Of a stretch of DNA of 64,000 bases, positions 35,332 to 43,997 are shown one piece after another. This DNA is from Terriglobales bacterium. Its GTDB lineage: Bacteria; Acidobacteriota; Terriglobia; Terriglobales; SCQP01. The position numbers and the translations under genes are program-made. The notes under the pieces are model-generated. The model was not told the DNA's origin and did no database searches. It saw nothing but the letters and a program-made list of their open reading frames with translations. The DNA lies in NCBI GenBank assembly GCA_035606395.1, contig DATNFK010000045.1, positions 26,670-90,669 of the forward strand. Reading direction: 5' to 3'. How positions within the stretch are numbered: position 1 is the first letter of the stretch; every line of letters begins with the position of its first letter.

Positions 35332-37485
35332 TTATTTAACCGGAATTTGAACGACGGCTTTCGCCGAACCTTGATTGCCGGACTCGTTGGCAACGCGCAA
35401 CATCAGGACGTGTTCGCCGGGGGACAATCCGGCGGCGAAGACGGTGAAGGATTCCTCGAGGGAATCGAGCATGCCGTCGTCGGAGAGGAGGGGCTTCCAG
35501 GGGCCGCCATCCACCGCGAACTCGGCCTGGCTGATGGGAGCGTAGCGGGAGCGGGCACGGAAATGGGCGGCGGCAGGGGTCGCGGAAACGAGATCGACCT
35601 GAGGTGGCGCGGTATCCATAATCGCGGGGGCGGAGATGATCTCGGCGGTTTTGGCTTCGGAGGCGGGGTTGTCGCCGGCGTCGGAGGCGACGAGGCGGAA
35701 GGCGTAGCTGCCGTCGGGGAGCATGGCGGGAGTGACGGTGAAGGCCGCCCCGCTCAAGTCGGGGCGCAACAGCTTCCAGGCGCTCTCGCCCTGGCCCTTG
35801 AAATAAAGGCTGTAGGCGAGTTTGTCGCCGTCGGGGTCGCGGGCGGTCCACTGGAGCTTGATTCCCTTGTCTATTGATTTATCTGGTGTGGCGACGGTCT
35901 CGGCGGTCAGGCTGGCGATTTGCGGCGGCTGGTTGGCGGGCAGGTACGGGATCACCACCTGGTCGAGATGGCTCGCGGGCGAGGCGAGCACGGCTTTCCA
36001 TTGAATGTAGCGGGCGCGGGGGCTGGTGATGGCGGCGCCGGAACGGGGGTAGGGGGCGGACCAATCGCTCCAGGTGAAGTCGGGCAGGGCGGAGTTGCCG
36101 CTGCGGGTCATTAACTCGAGGCTGCCGGCGCCGGTGAAGGTGAGGGCGCCGAAGCGGGAGATGGCGCCGGTGTCGCGCACCGGAGATTCGTAGGTGCCAT
36201 TCGCCTCGGGCTGAGCCATGCGATACAGATTCCCCTGTTCACGCGTGGTGACAAAAGTTGTCGCGCCCAACTGGAAGAGGCGCGTGGCCTCGGCCTGGCG
36301 GGTCTGGGCCACGACGGTGGCCTCGCCGGGCGCGGGGGCGAGGCGGTAGATGCGTCCCTGGTTGTCGGTCGAGACGAGAAGGCCGGAGGCTGCGGGCAGG
36401 ACGTCGTCGGCGTTTTCCTGGCGGGAACTCCAGATTGTATCGACCGCGCCGGCCGAAGGGCCGGAGGTCGCGATGCGGTAAATCGCGCTGATCGGCGCGC
36501 CCGCGGGCGCTGGGGGCGGCGTGTCGCTCAAGACGTAGGGCGCGGGAGAAGACGGAGAGGGCGCGGCGGCCGGATTCGCAGGGACGTTGGTCTCGGGCAT
36601 GTTGCTCTGGGCCGCGGCGGGGACGGTCATGGTAATGGTCGCGGCGGCGGGCGTGGCAAGCGGCGCGGCAACGGCCGGCGGCAAAAAGAGGGGACGTCCG
36701 CCGGCGTGTTCGCCCTGGGCGGTGACGTAGAGGTCGCCGTTGGCGGCGAGGCGCAGGGCATGGATCTCGGCGAGATCGGAGTGGTACAACACCTCGGCCT
36801 TGCCGCTGGGAGCGATGCGGTAGACCAAGCCTCCGTTGGAGTTGGAGGACTCGGTGCCGGCGAGGAGGTTGCCGCGTCCGTCGGCGATGAGGGAGGTGAC
36901 TTGCTGCTGGCGGGTGTCGAGAAATTTTTCGCCGACGCCGGCGGCGGTGACGCGGTAAATCTCGCCGCCGGTGCCGGTGGCGACGTATAAGGTGGGGCCG
37001 AGGAAGGCCAATCCCCAGATGTAGTTGGCGTGGGGATCGAAGTAGACCTCGCTCTTGCCGTCGGGCGCGATGCGGTAAACCTTGCCGTTGGGCGAGGAGC
37101 CGGCGAAGAGCGCGCCGCCGGGGCCGACGGCGAGCGCGAAGACGTCGGGCTCGGCGGCGGTGAAGAGGGGCGCGGGGGCGGAGGAGGATGAAGTCGCCGC
37201 GAGCATGGCGGGGGTGAGCTTATAAACTTCGCCGCGATTGCCGGTGCCGAGGTAGGCGTTGCCGGAGGCGTCGGCGACAGCGGTCCAGATCAGGGCCTGG
37301 CCGGTGCGCGCCACTTCGGCGAGGGCGGGGGCGAGGGTGAGGCGTCCGTCGGGGTTGAGCTCGACGCCGGTGAGGCGTCCGCGGGCGAGATCCTGGTAGC
37401 CGGCGGAACGCCAGAAGTGGGTGCTCACGGCGCCGACTGGAATCGCCAGGGCTACGGCGAGAAGGGCAGAAAAACGCGTTCTCAT
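35332..37485 (-). CDS. Secreted beta-propeller repeat protein with C-terminal Ig/Fn3-like region
   Basis: Signal peptide and repeated blades GEVYKL, GKVYRIAPDGK, GEIYRV, GLVYRIAPSGK, AIYRIA, GRIYRLAP and GNLYRM. Contains a Pro/Ala-rich insert. Confidence 0.7.
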   Translation of the reverse strand: MRTRFSALLAVALAIPVGAVSTHFWRSAGYQDLARGRLTGVELNPDGRLTLAPALAEVARTGQALIWTAVADASGNAYLGTGNRGEVYKLTPAMLAATSSSSAPAPLFTAAEPDVFALAVGPGGALFAGSSPNGKVYRIAPDGKSEVYFDPHANYIWGLAFLGPTLYVATGTGGEIYRVTAAGVGEKFLDTRQQQVTSLIADGRGNLLAGTESSNSNGGLVYRIAPSGKAEVLYHSDLAEIHALRLAANGDLYVTAQGEHAGGRPLFLPPAVAAPLATPAAATITMTVPAAAQSNMPETNVPANPAAAPSPSSPAPYVLSDTPPPAPAGAPISAIYRIATSGPSAGAVDTIWSSRQENADDVLPAASGLLVSTDNQGRIYRLAPAPGEATVVAQTRQAEATRLFQLGATTFVTTREQGNLYRMAQPEANGTYESPVRDTGAISRFGALTFTGAGSLELMTRSGNSALPDFTWSDWSAPYPRSGAAITSPRARYIQWKAVLASPASHLDQVVIPYLPANQPPQIASLTAETVATPDKSIDKGIKLQWTARDPDGDKLAYSLYFKGQGESAWKLLRPDLSGAAFTVTPAMLPDGSYAFRLVASDAGDNPASEAKTAEIISAPAIMDTAPPQVDLVSATPAAAHFRARSRYAPISQAEFAVDGGPWKPLLSDDGMLDSLEESFTVFAAGLSPGEHVLMLRVANESGNQGSAKAVVQIPVK

Positions 37486-37490
37486 TTTAT

Positions 37491-39239
37491 TTAATTGGGT
37501 TCCACGCGGATGCGGATTGATTTCAGTCCGCTCACCACAAACGTCAGGGGCGCGCCGCGGTAGTCGGCAACGGTCGAAGTGGCTTCGCTAATTACGGCGC
37601 GGTCGCTCGAACCATCGCTCGCCAGGGCGCGCGCCAGCGAGGGAGGCGGCGCGGGGAATTGTCTGCCCGCGACCTCGTAGGCGGTTTGGGGAGCGGTGAT
37701 GCGAGCGTAGATGCGATTGCTCACCGGCAACTGACCGAGCGCGGCGAGCAACCGCGGCAGGTCGCGGGCGGCGGCGACAGGATCGGCGGAGGGCGGCTGC
37801 ATGCGCTGGAGCGCGGCGCCGTCGCCGACCCAGACGGTCAAGTCGCCGGCGGGCTGGGACTCAGGAATTTCGAGGGGGATGGCGCGGGTGATTTCGCCGC
37901 CATCGGAGGAGGCGAACAGCGCCGTGACTTCAAACTTCGCGCCGGGGGCGACGGTGGTGGTGTTGGTCCAGACTTGTTCCAGAGTCAGCACGCGTTTTTG
38001 ATCGCTGGCGTTCACGTCGATGTCGAGGCCCTTGACGTCGGGATCGAGGCGGCTGCCGTAGAGCATGGTCAAGGGGCGAGCGGCGCCGGCGGCGGCGGCG
38101 AGAGGTCCGCCCTGGTCGCTGGTGTACAAGTCGCTGAATTTCAGCGGCTCGCCGGAGCCGACCTGGATGGCCTCGCTGATTTGGAATGTGGTGGTACCGA
38201 TGCCGCGTTCGTTGGCGTCGAGGGTCGAGTACAGCGCCATATTCAGCAGCACCGGACTGAGGACGCGGCTGTCGACCATTTCGAAGGAATAGGCGTCGAC
38301 GGGCTGGCCGGGCCTGTGAATGTGGACGTGGATCGGGATCATGGAGGCGTGGCCGCCGAAGCTGCCGTAGACGCCTTGCGAGAGATCCTGATGGATGACG
38401 CCCATGGGTTCGCCGGGGGTATCCATCTTGGTCGAGGTCATGAGGCCGGGGATGAGGGTCAGCACGCTGGCCTTGTTGAAGGGCATGGCGGTGGTGCCGG
38501 CGGCGAGGAAGCGATGGCCGAAGGCGTAGATCTGGTTGCCGTCAATGTAAGTGACGGTGCCGTCGGCGCTGATGCCGAGATCGCCGCGCAGCAATTGGAC
38601 GCTGATCATGTCGCCGGGCTTGAGGTCTTTGGGATCGCCCATGGGTTGATCGAGGGCGGCGGCGCCGGCACCGGGACCGAGCTGGGGGCGGAGACCGAAG
38701 TTTTCCCACTGGGGGAGGAACTGGGTCAGGGCGCGCTGGCTGAAGCCGGAGAGCACGAGGGGCGTCTTCAACTCGGGCAGGCTGATGGATTCCCACTGGC
38801 TGGCGCCGGGTTTGGCGTCCCAGGCGAGGGTGCGGGGCAGGGCCGACTCGGCTTTGGCGTCGAGCGTGGCGCGCTTCTGCTGGGCCATCATTTGCTCGAT
38901 GGGGGTGATGCCGGCGATCGCCGATTTCGAGAATGGATAGCCGAGGGCGACGGCACCGATCAATTTTCCGTCAATGTACACGGGGCTGCCGCTCATGCCC
39001 TCGATGACGCCGGTGTCGGCGAGGGGTCCGCCGGAGAGTTTGGCGAAGATCACGGCCTGGCGGGGGCCGAGGTTGCTGACGACGCCGAGAATATCGACCT
39101 GAAAATCGGAGACGGTGTCGCCCTGGAAGATTGTCCGCCCGACGCCGTGCATGCCGGCGTGGATCTGGCTCAAGGGCATGATCGCGGTTTGCGCCGCTCC
39201 CACGGCCAACAGCGACAGCGCCAGTATGAGAGTGCGCAT
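37491..39239 (-). CDS. Peptidase S55 (SpoIVB-like) domain protein with large unassigned C-terminal region
   Basis: Signal peptide and serine-protease block VIEGMSGSPVYIDGKLIGAV near the N-terminus. About 470 further residues have no recognised family. Confidence 0.7.
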   Translation of the reverse strand: MRTLILALSLLAVGAAQTAIMPLSQIHAGMHGVGRTIFQGDTVSDFQVDILGVVSNLGPRQAVIFAKLSGGPLADTGVIEGMSGSPVYIDGKLIGAVALGYPFSKSAIAGITPIEQMMAQQKRATLDAKAESALPRTLAWDAKPGASQWESISLPELKTPLVLSGFSQRALTQFLPQWENFGLRPQLGPGAGAAALDQPMGDPKDLKPGDMISVQLLRGDLGISADGTVTYIDGNQIYAFGHRFLAAGTTAMPFNKASVLTLIPGLMTSTKMDTPGEPMGVIHQDLSQGVYGSFGGHASMIPIHVHIHRPGQPVDAYSFEMVDSRVLSPVLLNMALYSTLDANERGIGTTTFQISEAIQVGSGEPLKFSDLYTSDQGGPLAAAAGAARPLTMLYGSRLDPDVKGLDIDVNASDQKRVLTLEQVWTNTTTVAPGAKFEVTALFASSDGGEITRAIPLEIPESQPAGDLTVWVGDGAALQRMQPPSADPVAAARDLPRLLAALGQLPVSNRIYARITAPQTAYEVAGRQFPAPPPSLARALASDGSSDRAVISEATSTVADYRGAPLTFVVSGLKSIRIRVEPN

Positions 39240-39245
39240 TGCGCT

Positions 39246-40451
39246 TTACGAGTGGCTGCCCACGACTTCTTTCGCCTTCTGCAATTGCAGGTCGGGAAGC
39301 GTCGCCGGCGAGACGCCCTCGGGCGCGAAGTCAAAGTCGGGCAGCGCGCCGGCGTACTCGACTTGCTGAACGTCAGGCGTAATACCATCCTGCACCAGCG
39401 CGCCCTTGGGGGTGTAGTAGCGGGCGACAGAGAGGAAAACCGCCGAGCCGTCGCCAACCGGAATCAGTTTTTGCACCGATCCCTCGCCGAAGGTGTGGTC
39501 GCCGACCACTTTGGCGCGCGCGTTCTGCTGCAGGGCCGCGGCCACGATTTCGGCGGGGCCGGAGGTGCCGGAGTTGGTCACGACGACCAGGGGGTCGGCG
39601 GCGTCGGCAACTTTCGCCGCGTCGGCGGTGGTGGTGACGCGCGGATATTTCTGGCCTTCGAGGTAGGTGATGGTGCCTTGCGAAAGAAACAGGTTGGCAA
39701 CGTCGTCGGCCTGGGCGACATCGCCGGCGGCGCAATTGCGAAGGTCAAGCACGAACTTGTGCGTGCCATTCGCTTCCATGGTCTTGAGGGCGGCGCGAAC
39801 CTGGTCGGCGCGTCCGGCGGCGAAATCGGGAACCGCGATGACGCCCACGCCGGCATCGTCGGAGGTTGCCAGCGGCGCCATGGAGTGCGGCGCGCGGGTG
39901 ATCACGACTTTGCTAGGATCGGACTGGTGCAAGTGGACGACGCTCAGCGTCACCTGAGAGCCAGGCGCGCCAGTGAGCTTCTGGCGAATTTCTTCGATCG
40001 AGAGATCGCGCGTGTCTTCAATCGCGGACTGATCGCCAATGCCTTCGACGAAATCGCCGCGCTCGAGTCCGGCTTGCGCCGCCGCGCCGTGGACCCGCAC
40101 CGCGACCACGGTGGCGTAACCACCGCGCTTGGCCAGAGTGGCTTCGATGCCACCGGTGGGAGGCTTGGCCGCAGCGGCTTCGTAGGCGGCATACTCGGTG
40201 GGGTTCAGATAGCTGGAGTCGGGATCGAGCGATTCGAGCAAGCCGTGCAGCGCACCGTCTGAAACCTTGGCGAGGTTGGGCTCGGTGACGTAGTCGTCGT
40301 TGATGTGCTCGTAAACCTCGACCATGGTGCCCATCTGCCGAATCGGGCTTGCGGAATCAGAGCTGGTTCGGTGCCAAACCATGCCGGCCATTAGGGAAAC
40401 GGCCAAAGCCAGCGAAACCAGCAGGACGGTGAGACTGGATCTGCGGGACAT
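39246..40451 (-). CDS. S41 (C-terminal processing peptidase, Ctp-like) homologue lacking the canonical Ser/Lys dyad
   Basis: N-terminal TM, PDZ-like region and S41 block VVVTNSGTSGPAEIVAAALQQNARAKVVGDHTFGEGSVQ. The Lys position is Glu323 and the Ser position is Gly298. Confidence 0.75.
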   Translation of the reverse strand: MSRRSSLTVLLVSLALAVSLMAGMVWHRTSSDSASPIRQMGTMVEVYEHINDDYVTEPNLAKVSDGALHGLLESLDPDSSYLNPTEYAAYEAAAAKPPTGGIEATLAKRGGYATVVAVRVHGAAAQAGLERGDFVEGIGDQSAIEDTRDLSIEEIRQKLTGAPGSQVTLSVVHLHQSDPSKVVITRAPHSMAPLATSDDAGVGVIAVPDFAAGRADQVRAALKTMEANGTHKFVLDLRNCAAGDVAQADDVANLFLSQGTITYLEGQKYPRVTTTADAAKVADAADPLVVVTNSGTSGPAEIVAAALQQNARAKVVGDHTFGEGSVQKLIPVGDGSAVFLSVARYYTPKGALVQDGITPDVQQVEYAGALPDFDFAPEGVSPATLPDLQLQKAKEVVGSHS

Positions 40452-40464
40452 ATGGATTTAAACC

Positions 40465-40470
40465 ATTATA
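40465..40470 (-). promoter_or_regulatory. Perfect TATAAT -10 hexamer 13 nt upstream of the S41-like start codon
   Basis: Minus strand reads TATAAT ggtttaaatccat ATG. No good -35 box or Shine-Dalgarno was seen, which implies a very short leader. Confidence 0.3.
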
Positions 40471-40530
40471 GCGCGGGGGCTGGAAGTGGCCTCATGATGC
40501 CGCAGCCGACTGCGCGACGTTGGCCGGCGG

Positions 40531-41238
40531 CTAGAGTTCGATGACGCGGAAGGTGCGGGGGGGCTTTTGCGCGGCGAGCAGCGGGAGGGCAACGTTGTAG
40601 ACGGGGATGCCGCCGCGGGTTTTTCCTTCTGGCGAGCCGTGGTGGGCGTGGCCGTGGAAAATCACGGTGGCGCCGAAGCGGTCGCACACGTCGCTGAGGC
40701 GGGAGCTGCCGAGGAAGGGGAAAATCTCGGGGGCCTCGCCGACCGCGGTCTCGGGAATGGGCGCATAGTGCATCAGCACGACGCGGCGGTCCTGGCGCAG
40801 GCGGCCCAGCGCCAATTCGAGGCGCAGGCTTTCTTCGAGCGAGGCGTGCACGAAACTTTTCACCTCCGCTTCACCAAAAGCGGTCAGCTCGCCGCGGCCG
40901 AATCCGCCGCAGAATCCCTTCACTCCGGCGAAGCCGACTCCGTCGAGTTCAAACGGTTCGGTGTCCAGCGTCTTTACATCAACGCTTTGCAACATGTGCA
41001 GCAGTTCCTGCTGGCGCCCCGATTCGTAGTCGTGATTGCCGAGCACCGAGACGATGGGGATGCGCAGCCGGGCGAGTTGGGCGACGAGCACTTCCAACTC
41101 CTCGGGCTTGCCGTAGTTGGTCAGGTCGCCGCCGAGTAGCAGCACATCGGCTTGCTGCGGCACGGCTTGCAAGCGCTCGCGGATGCGCTCGCGGTCGGCG
41201 ATGCCGCAGTGCAGATCGGCGACGGCGGCGAGGCGCAC
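40531..41238 (-). CDS. Metallophosphoesterase (calcineurin-like)
   Basis: Motifs DLHCG, GGDLTNYG, GNHDYE and GHAHH. Confidence 0.85.
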   Translation of the reverse strand: MRLAAVADLHCGIADRERIRERLQAVPQQADVLLLGGDLTNYGKPEELEVLVAQLARLRIPIVSVLGNHDYESGRQQELLHMLQSVDVKTLDTEPFELDGVGFAGVKGFCGGFGRGELTAFGEAEVKSFVHASLEESLRLELALGRLRQDRRVVLMHYAPIPETAVGEAPEIFPFLGSSRLSDVCDRFGATVIFHGHAHHGSPEGKTRGGIPVYNVALPLLAAQKPPRTFRVIEL

Positions 41239-42093
41239 TTACTCCCGCCCCTCTTGCAGGCGTTTGCGGCGGGAGCGATCCTCAAGATTCTCCAAGCCCC
41301 ATTGGGCGACGTCGGGCTGGAACATTAAAGGGTCGATCAGGCTGCCACGAAAGGGCCGCGACGGCGCGCCCTTGCGGGCGCTTTCGCGGCGCGCCTCACG
41401 CCAGCGCTCTTCCAACTCCGTCCAAACGGCTTCGGGCACGGTCACACTTGCCGATGGATAGACATAGCGATACAGGTGCAGGTGCCAGAGCAACAGTTCC
41501 CAGTGGTCGCCGGTGGCCGCGATCAGGCGGGGCCAATCGAGCAAGGAGCCGCAGCAATAAATCAGGTGGCAAACATCGCTGCCATCAAAGCGCTCGCGGC
41601 GGGTGACAAACAATTTGCTCAGGATCATTTCCTCGGGCGCCAGCATTCTCACTTTTTGGCCGAACACTTCACCGGCAACGGCGCGCTCGATCCAATCGGG
41701 CGTGACCCAGAACACGCCATTCGACATGCCGCTGATCATGTCGACGAAGTAGTTGCCGGCCCACGCCTTGGCCAGCCAAACCGGGTCGGTGACTTCGGTG
41801 ATCAGCCCGGCGGTGCGGCAGAGCGTCAGCGCCACCTCGATGCGGTCGGCGGGAAGGAACAGATCGAGATCTTTGGTGAAACGCCAAATGCCGGTGTGGT
41901 GGCGCATGGCAAACGCGCCCGCGACCGAATAGGTGACACCGCCCCGCGTGAGGGCGCGCAGCACGCGCTGGAAAAGCTGTCGCTGCTCGGCGGCCAGTCC
42001 GTGGCCCGCAGCCTGTCCCTTATGCGGGGAGGGTGACGGACTGGGGTGCGGCAGCGAGGACATATCATTAGTCCAGATGTACCTTTTCGGCAC
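41239..42093 (-). CDS. Nucleotidyltransferase-fold protein (uncharacterised NTase family)
   Basis: Core YSVAGAFAMRHHTGIWRFTKDLDLFL. GTG 42093 has a GGAG 8 nt upstream; ATG 42063 is an alternative. The stop abuts the next start (41239/41238). Confidence 0.6.
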   Translation of the reverse strand: MPKRYIWTNDMSSLPHPSPSPSPHKGQAAGHGLAAEQRQLFQRVLRALTRGGVTYSVAGAFAMRHHTGIWRFTKDLDLFLPADRIEVALTLCRTAGLITEVTDPVWLAKAWAGNYFVDMISGMSNGVFWVTPDWIERAVAGEVFGQKVRMLAPEEMILSKLFVTRRERFDGSDVCHLIYCCGSLLDWPRLIAATGDHWELLLWHLHLYRYVYPSASVTVPEAVWTELEERWREARRESARKGAPSRPFRGSLIDPLMFQPDVAQWGLENLEDRSRRKRLQEGRE

Positions 42094-42106
42094 AAACGTT
42101 GCTCCG

Positions 42107-43231
42107 ATGGCGACGTCGTTAACACCTTTCGAACTCGCGCGCGCCCGTCAGTACTTCTACGGAGATCTCATCGGCGGCGTGCTCAGCGAGGCGTGGCTGC
42201 TGGCTTCGCTGGCGGTGATTTTTTATAGCCGAGCAAGCCAGCGCTGGCAAAGCTGGCTCGAACGCCGGGGCTTGCCGGCGGGATGGCGGCTGAACGCGGC
42301 GGTTTTTTCGGCAGTGCTGGCGGCGGTACTCGTGGCGCAGTTCCCTTTCAGCCTTTGGCTGGATTTTTTTCGCGAACGCGAGTTCGGATTTCAACATTTG
42401 CGGTTGGCCAATTGGATGGCGCAATGGGCTGAGTCGCTGGTGGTCACGGTTGTGGTCGGCACAATCGCCGCCACACTCGCCTATGCTGTGCTGGGTCGGA
42501 GGCAGCCAGTACCGCGGCGGTGGTGGCTGCGGCTTTGGGCCGTGGCCGCAGTGATGACGGTGGTCGCGGTGGCGATTGATCCGGTGGTGATCGAGCCGCT
42601 TTTCAACCATTTCACCCCGATGACGAATCGCGTTGAGGCGGAGCGCATACGCGCGCTGGCGGCGCGCGCCGGCATTCCCGATGCGCGGGTGCTGGTCATG
42701 GACGCGAGCCACCAGTCGGCGCACACCAACGCCTATGTGAACGGCATTCTCGGCAGCCAGCGGATTGTCGTTTACGACACGCTGCTGCGCGAGCAATCGC
42801 CGGCCGAAATTGATTTCGTCGTGGCGCACGAAATCGGCCATTACCTGCTGCATCACTTATGGAAGGGCGTCGGGTTCACGCTCGTCTACATGCTGGGCTT
42901 GTTCGCGCTGCTGGGCTGGCTTTACCGGCGCTGGTCGGGCGGGCTAAGCGTGCGGCAGCCGGCCGCGCTGCCGCTGGTGCTTTTGATTTTGGTGGGCGCC
43001 TATTATTTATCGGCGCCGCTGCCGAACGGATTCTCCCGCTGGGAGGAGCATCAGGCCGATGTCTATGGCTTGCACCTTACCGGGGACCGCGCGGCAGCCG
43101 CTGCCAGCTTTGTGCGCGAGGAGCATAGCGATTTGGTTTATCCCGACCCACCGGAGTGGATTGTCTGGTGGTTCTTCAACCACCCCAGCCAGGAGCAGCG
43201 GCTCAAGTACGTGGCCAACGCACGGCTGTAA
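42107..43231 (+). CDS. M48-family zinc metalloprotease (Ste24/HtpX-like)
   Basis: HExxH motif VVAHEIGHYLLHH and N-terminal TM helices. ATG 42107 chosen because the longer ORF overlaps the divergent gene. Confidence 0.8.
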   Translation: MATSLTPFELARARQYFYGDLIGGVLSEAWLLASLAVIFYSRASQRWQSWLERRGLPAGWRLNAAVFSAVLAAVLVAQFPFSLWLDFFREREFGFQHLRLANWMAQWAESLVVTVVVGTIAATLAYAVLGRRQPVPRRWWLRLWAVAAVMTVVAVAIDPVVIEPLFNHFTPMTNRVEAERIRALAARAGIPDARVLVMDASHQSAHTNAYVNGILGSQRIVVYDTLLREQSPAEIDFVVAHEIGHYLLHHLWKGVGFTLVYMLGLFALLGWLYRRWSGGLSVRQPAALPLVLLILVGAYYLSAPLPNGFSRWEEHQADVYGLHLTGDRAAAAASFVREEHSDLVYPDPPEWIVWWFFNHPSQEQRLKYVANARL

Positions 43232-43997
43232 AGTAGCGGCGCAAGGCGTCGAGAATTGGGGCGCGGAGCGGCGCCAATTGCCGGCGAAAGGCGCGCAGCA
43301 GGTGGTCGCGACCGAGGGCGGCCAGCCGGGGACGGTCGAGACGCCAGCGAATGGCGTCGATTTCGAAGACGGGGCAGGGGCCGGTGAAGCCATGGCTGCG
43401 CAATTCCGCCTGCGCGAGGGCGGCGAGACAATCGCCGGCGGCGAGCGGCAGTTCGTCGTTGGGACGCCCGTCGGCGACAGCGTCGGCCAGGGCGGCGGCC
43501 AGGGCTTCCATGACCGTGTCCGGGTCAATGCCCAGTTCGCGAGAGGGCGCGCGGGGAGCCGCGTCCGCAGCCGTTGCCAGGGCGGCGGTTAGTTCCCGCA
43601 CCAACGCATCGAGCGCGTCGGCGGCCGCGGGGCTGACTTCGCCATAGCCGCGCATGGCGCGAGGACCGATCTCATCGAGGCCAATTTCCGCCAGATTAAA
43701 TTGCGAGGCAATGGCCTGGGAGGCACTCAAGGGAGGCTTTTCCGGAGCTATTGCCAGCGCCTCCATGCACGATTGCAGCCGTGTGCGCACGCGGGTGGTG
43801 CGGTCGTCGATGGCAGCGCGCGCCTCCGGTGTCAGATCGTTTTGATAGCGCGGAAAGAGGCCGCCCGATTCCGCCGCGCGCACGATGGCGGCAATCGCGT
43901 CGAGTTGGCGATCGAGATGGGCGCAGCCGTCATACAAGTGCCGACGTTGGGTTTCATTTAAATCGGCAGGAAATGCCACGCTTGATTCTAGTACCAT
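43203..43997 (-). CDS. Hypothetical helical protein
   Basis: Ala/Leu/Arg-rich with no family recognised. ATG 43997 is the most upstream in-frame ATG compatible with the divergent proline dehydrogenase. The 3' end overlaps the M48 gene by 29 nt. Confidence 0.5.
   Translation of the reverse strand: MVLESSVAFPADLNETQRRHLYDGCAHLDRQLDAIAAIVRAAESGGLFPRYQNDLTPEARAAIDDRTTRVRTRLQSCMEALAIAPEKPPLSASQAIASQFNLAEIGLDEIGPRAMRGYGEVSPAAADALDALVRELTAALATAADAAPRAPSRELGIDPDTVMEALAAALADAVADGRPNDELPLAAGDCLAALAQAELRSHGFTGPCPVFEIDAIRWRLDRPRLAALGRDHLLRAFRRQLAPLRAPILDALRRYFTAVRWPRT

Noticed and set aside
37659-40262. 867-aa plus-strand ORF, the longest plus-strand ORF in this region
   Set aside because: It is antisense to the S55 and S41-like genes, which have clear family motifs. 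Its translation is Gly/Ala/Arg/Val-rich low complexity with no motifs. This is the typical stop-codon-poor antisense frame of high-GC DNA.
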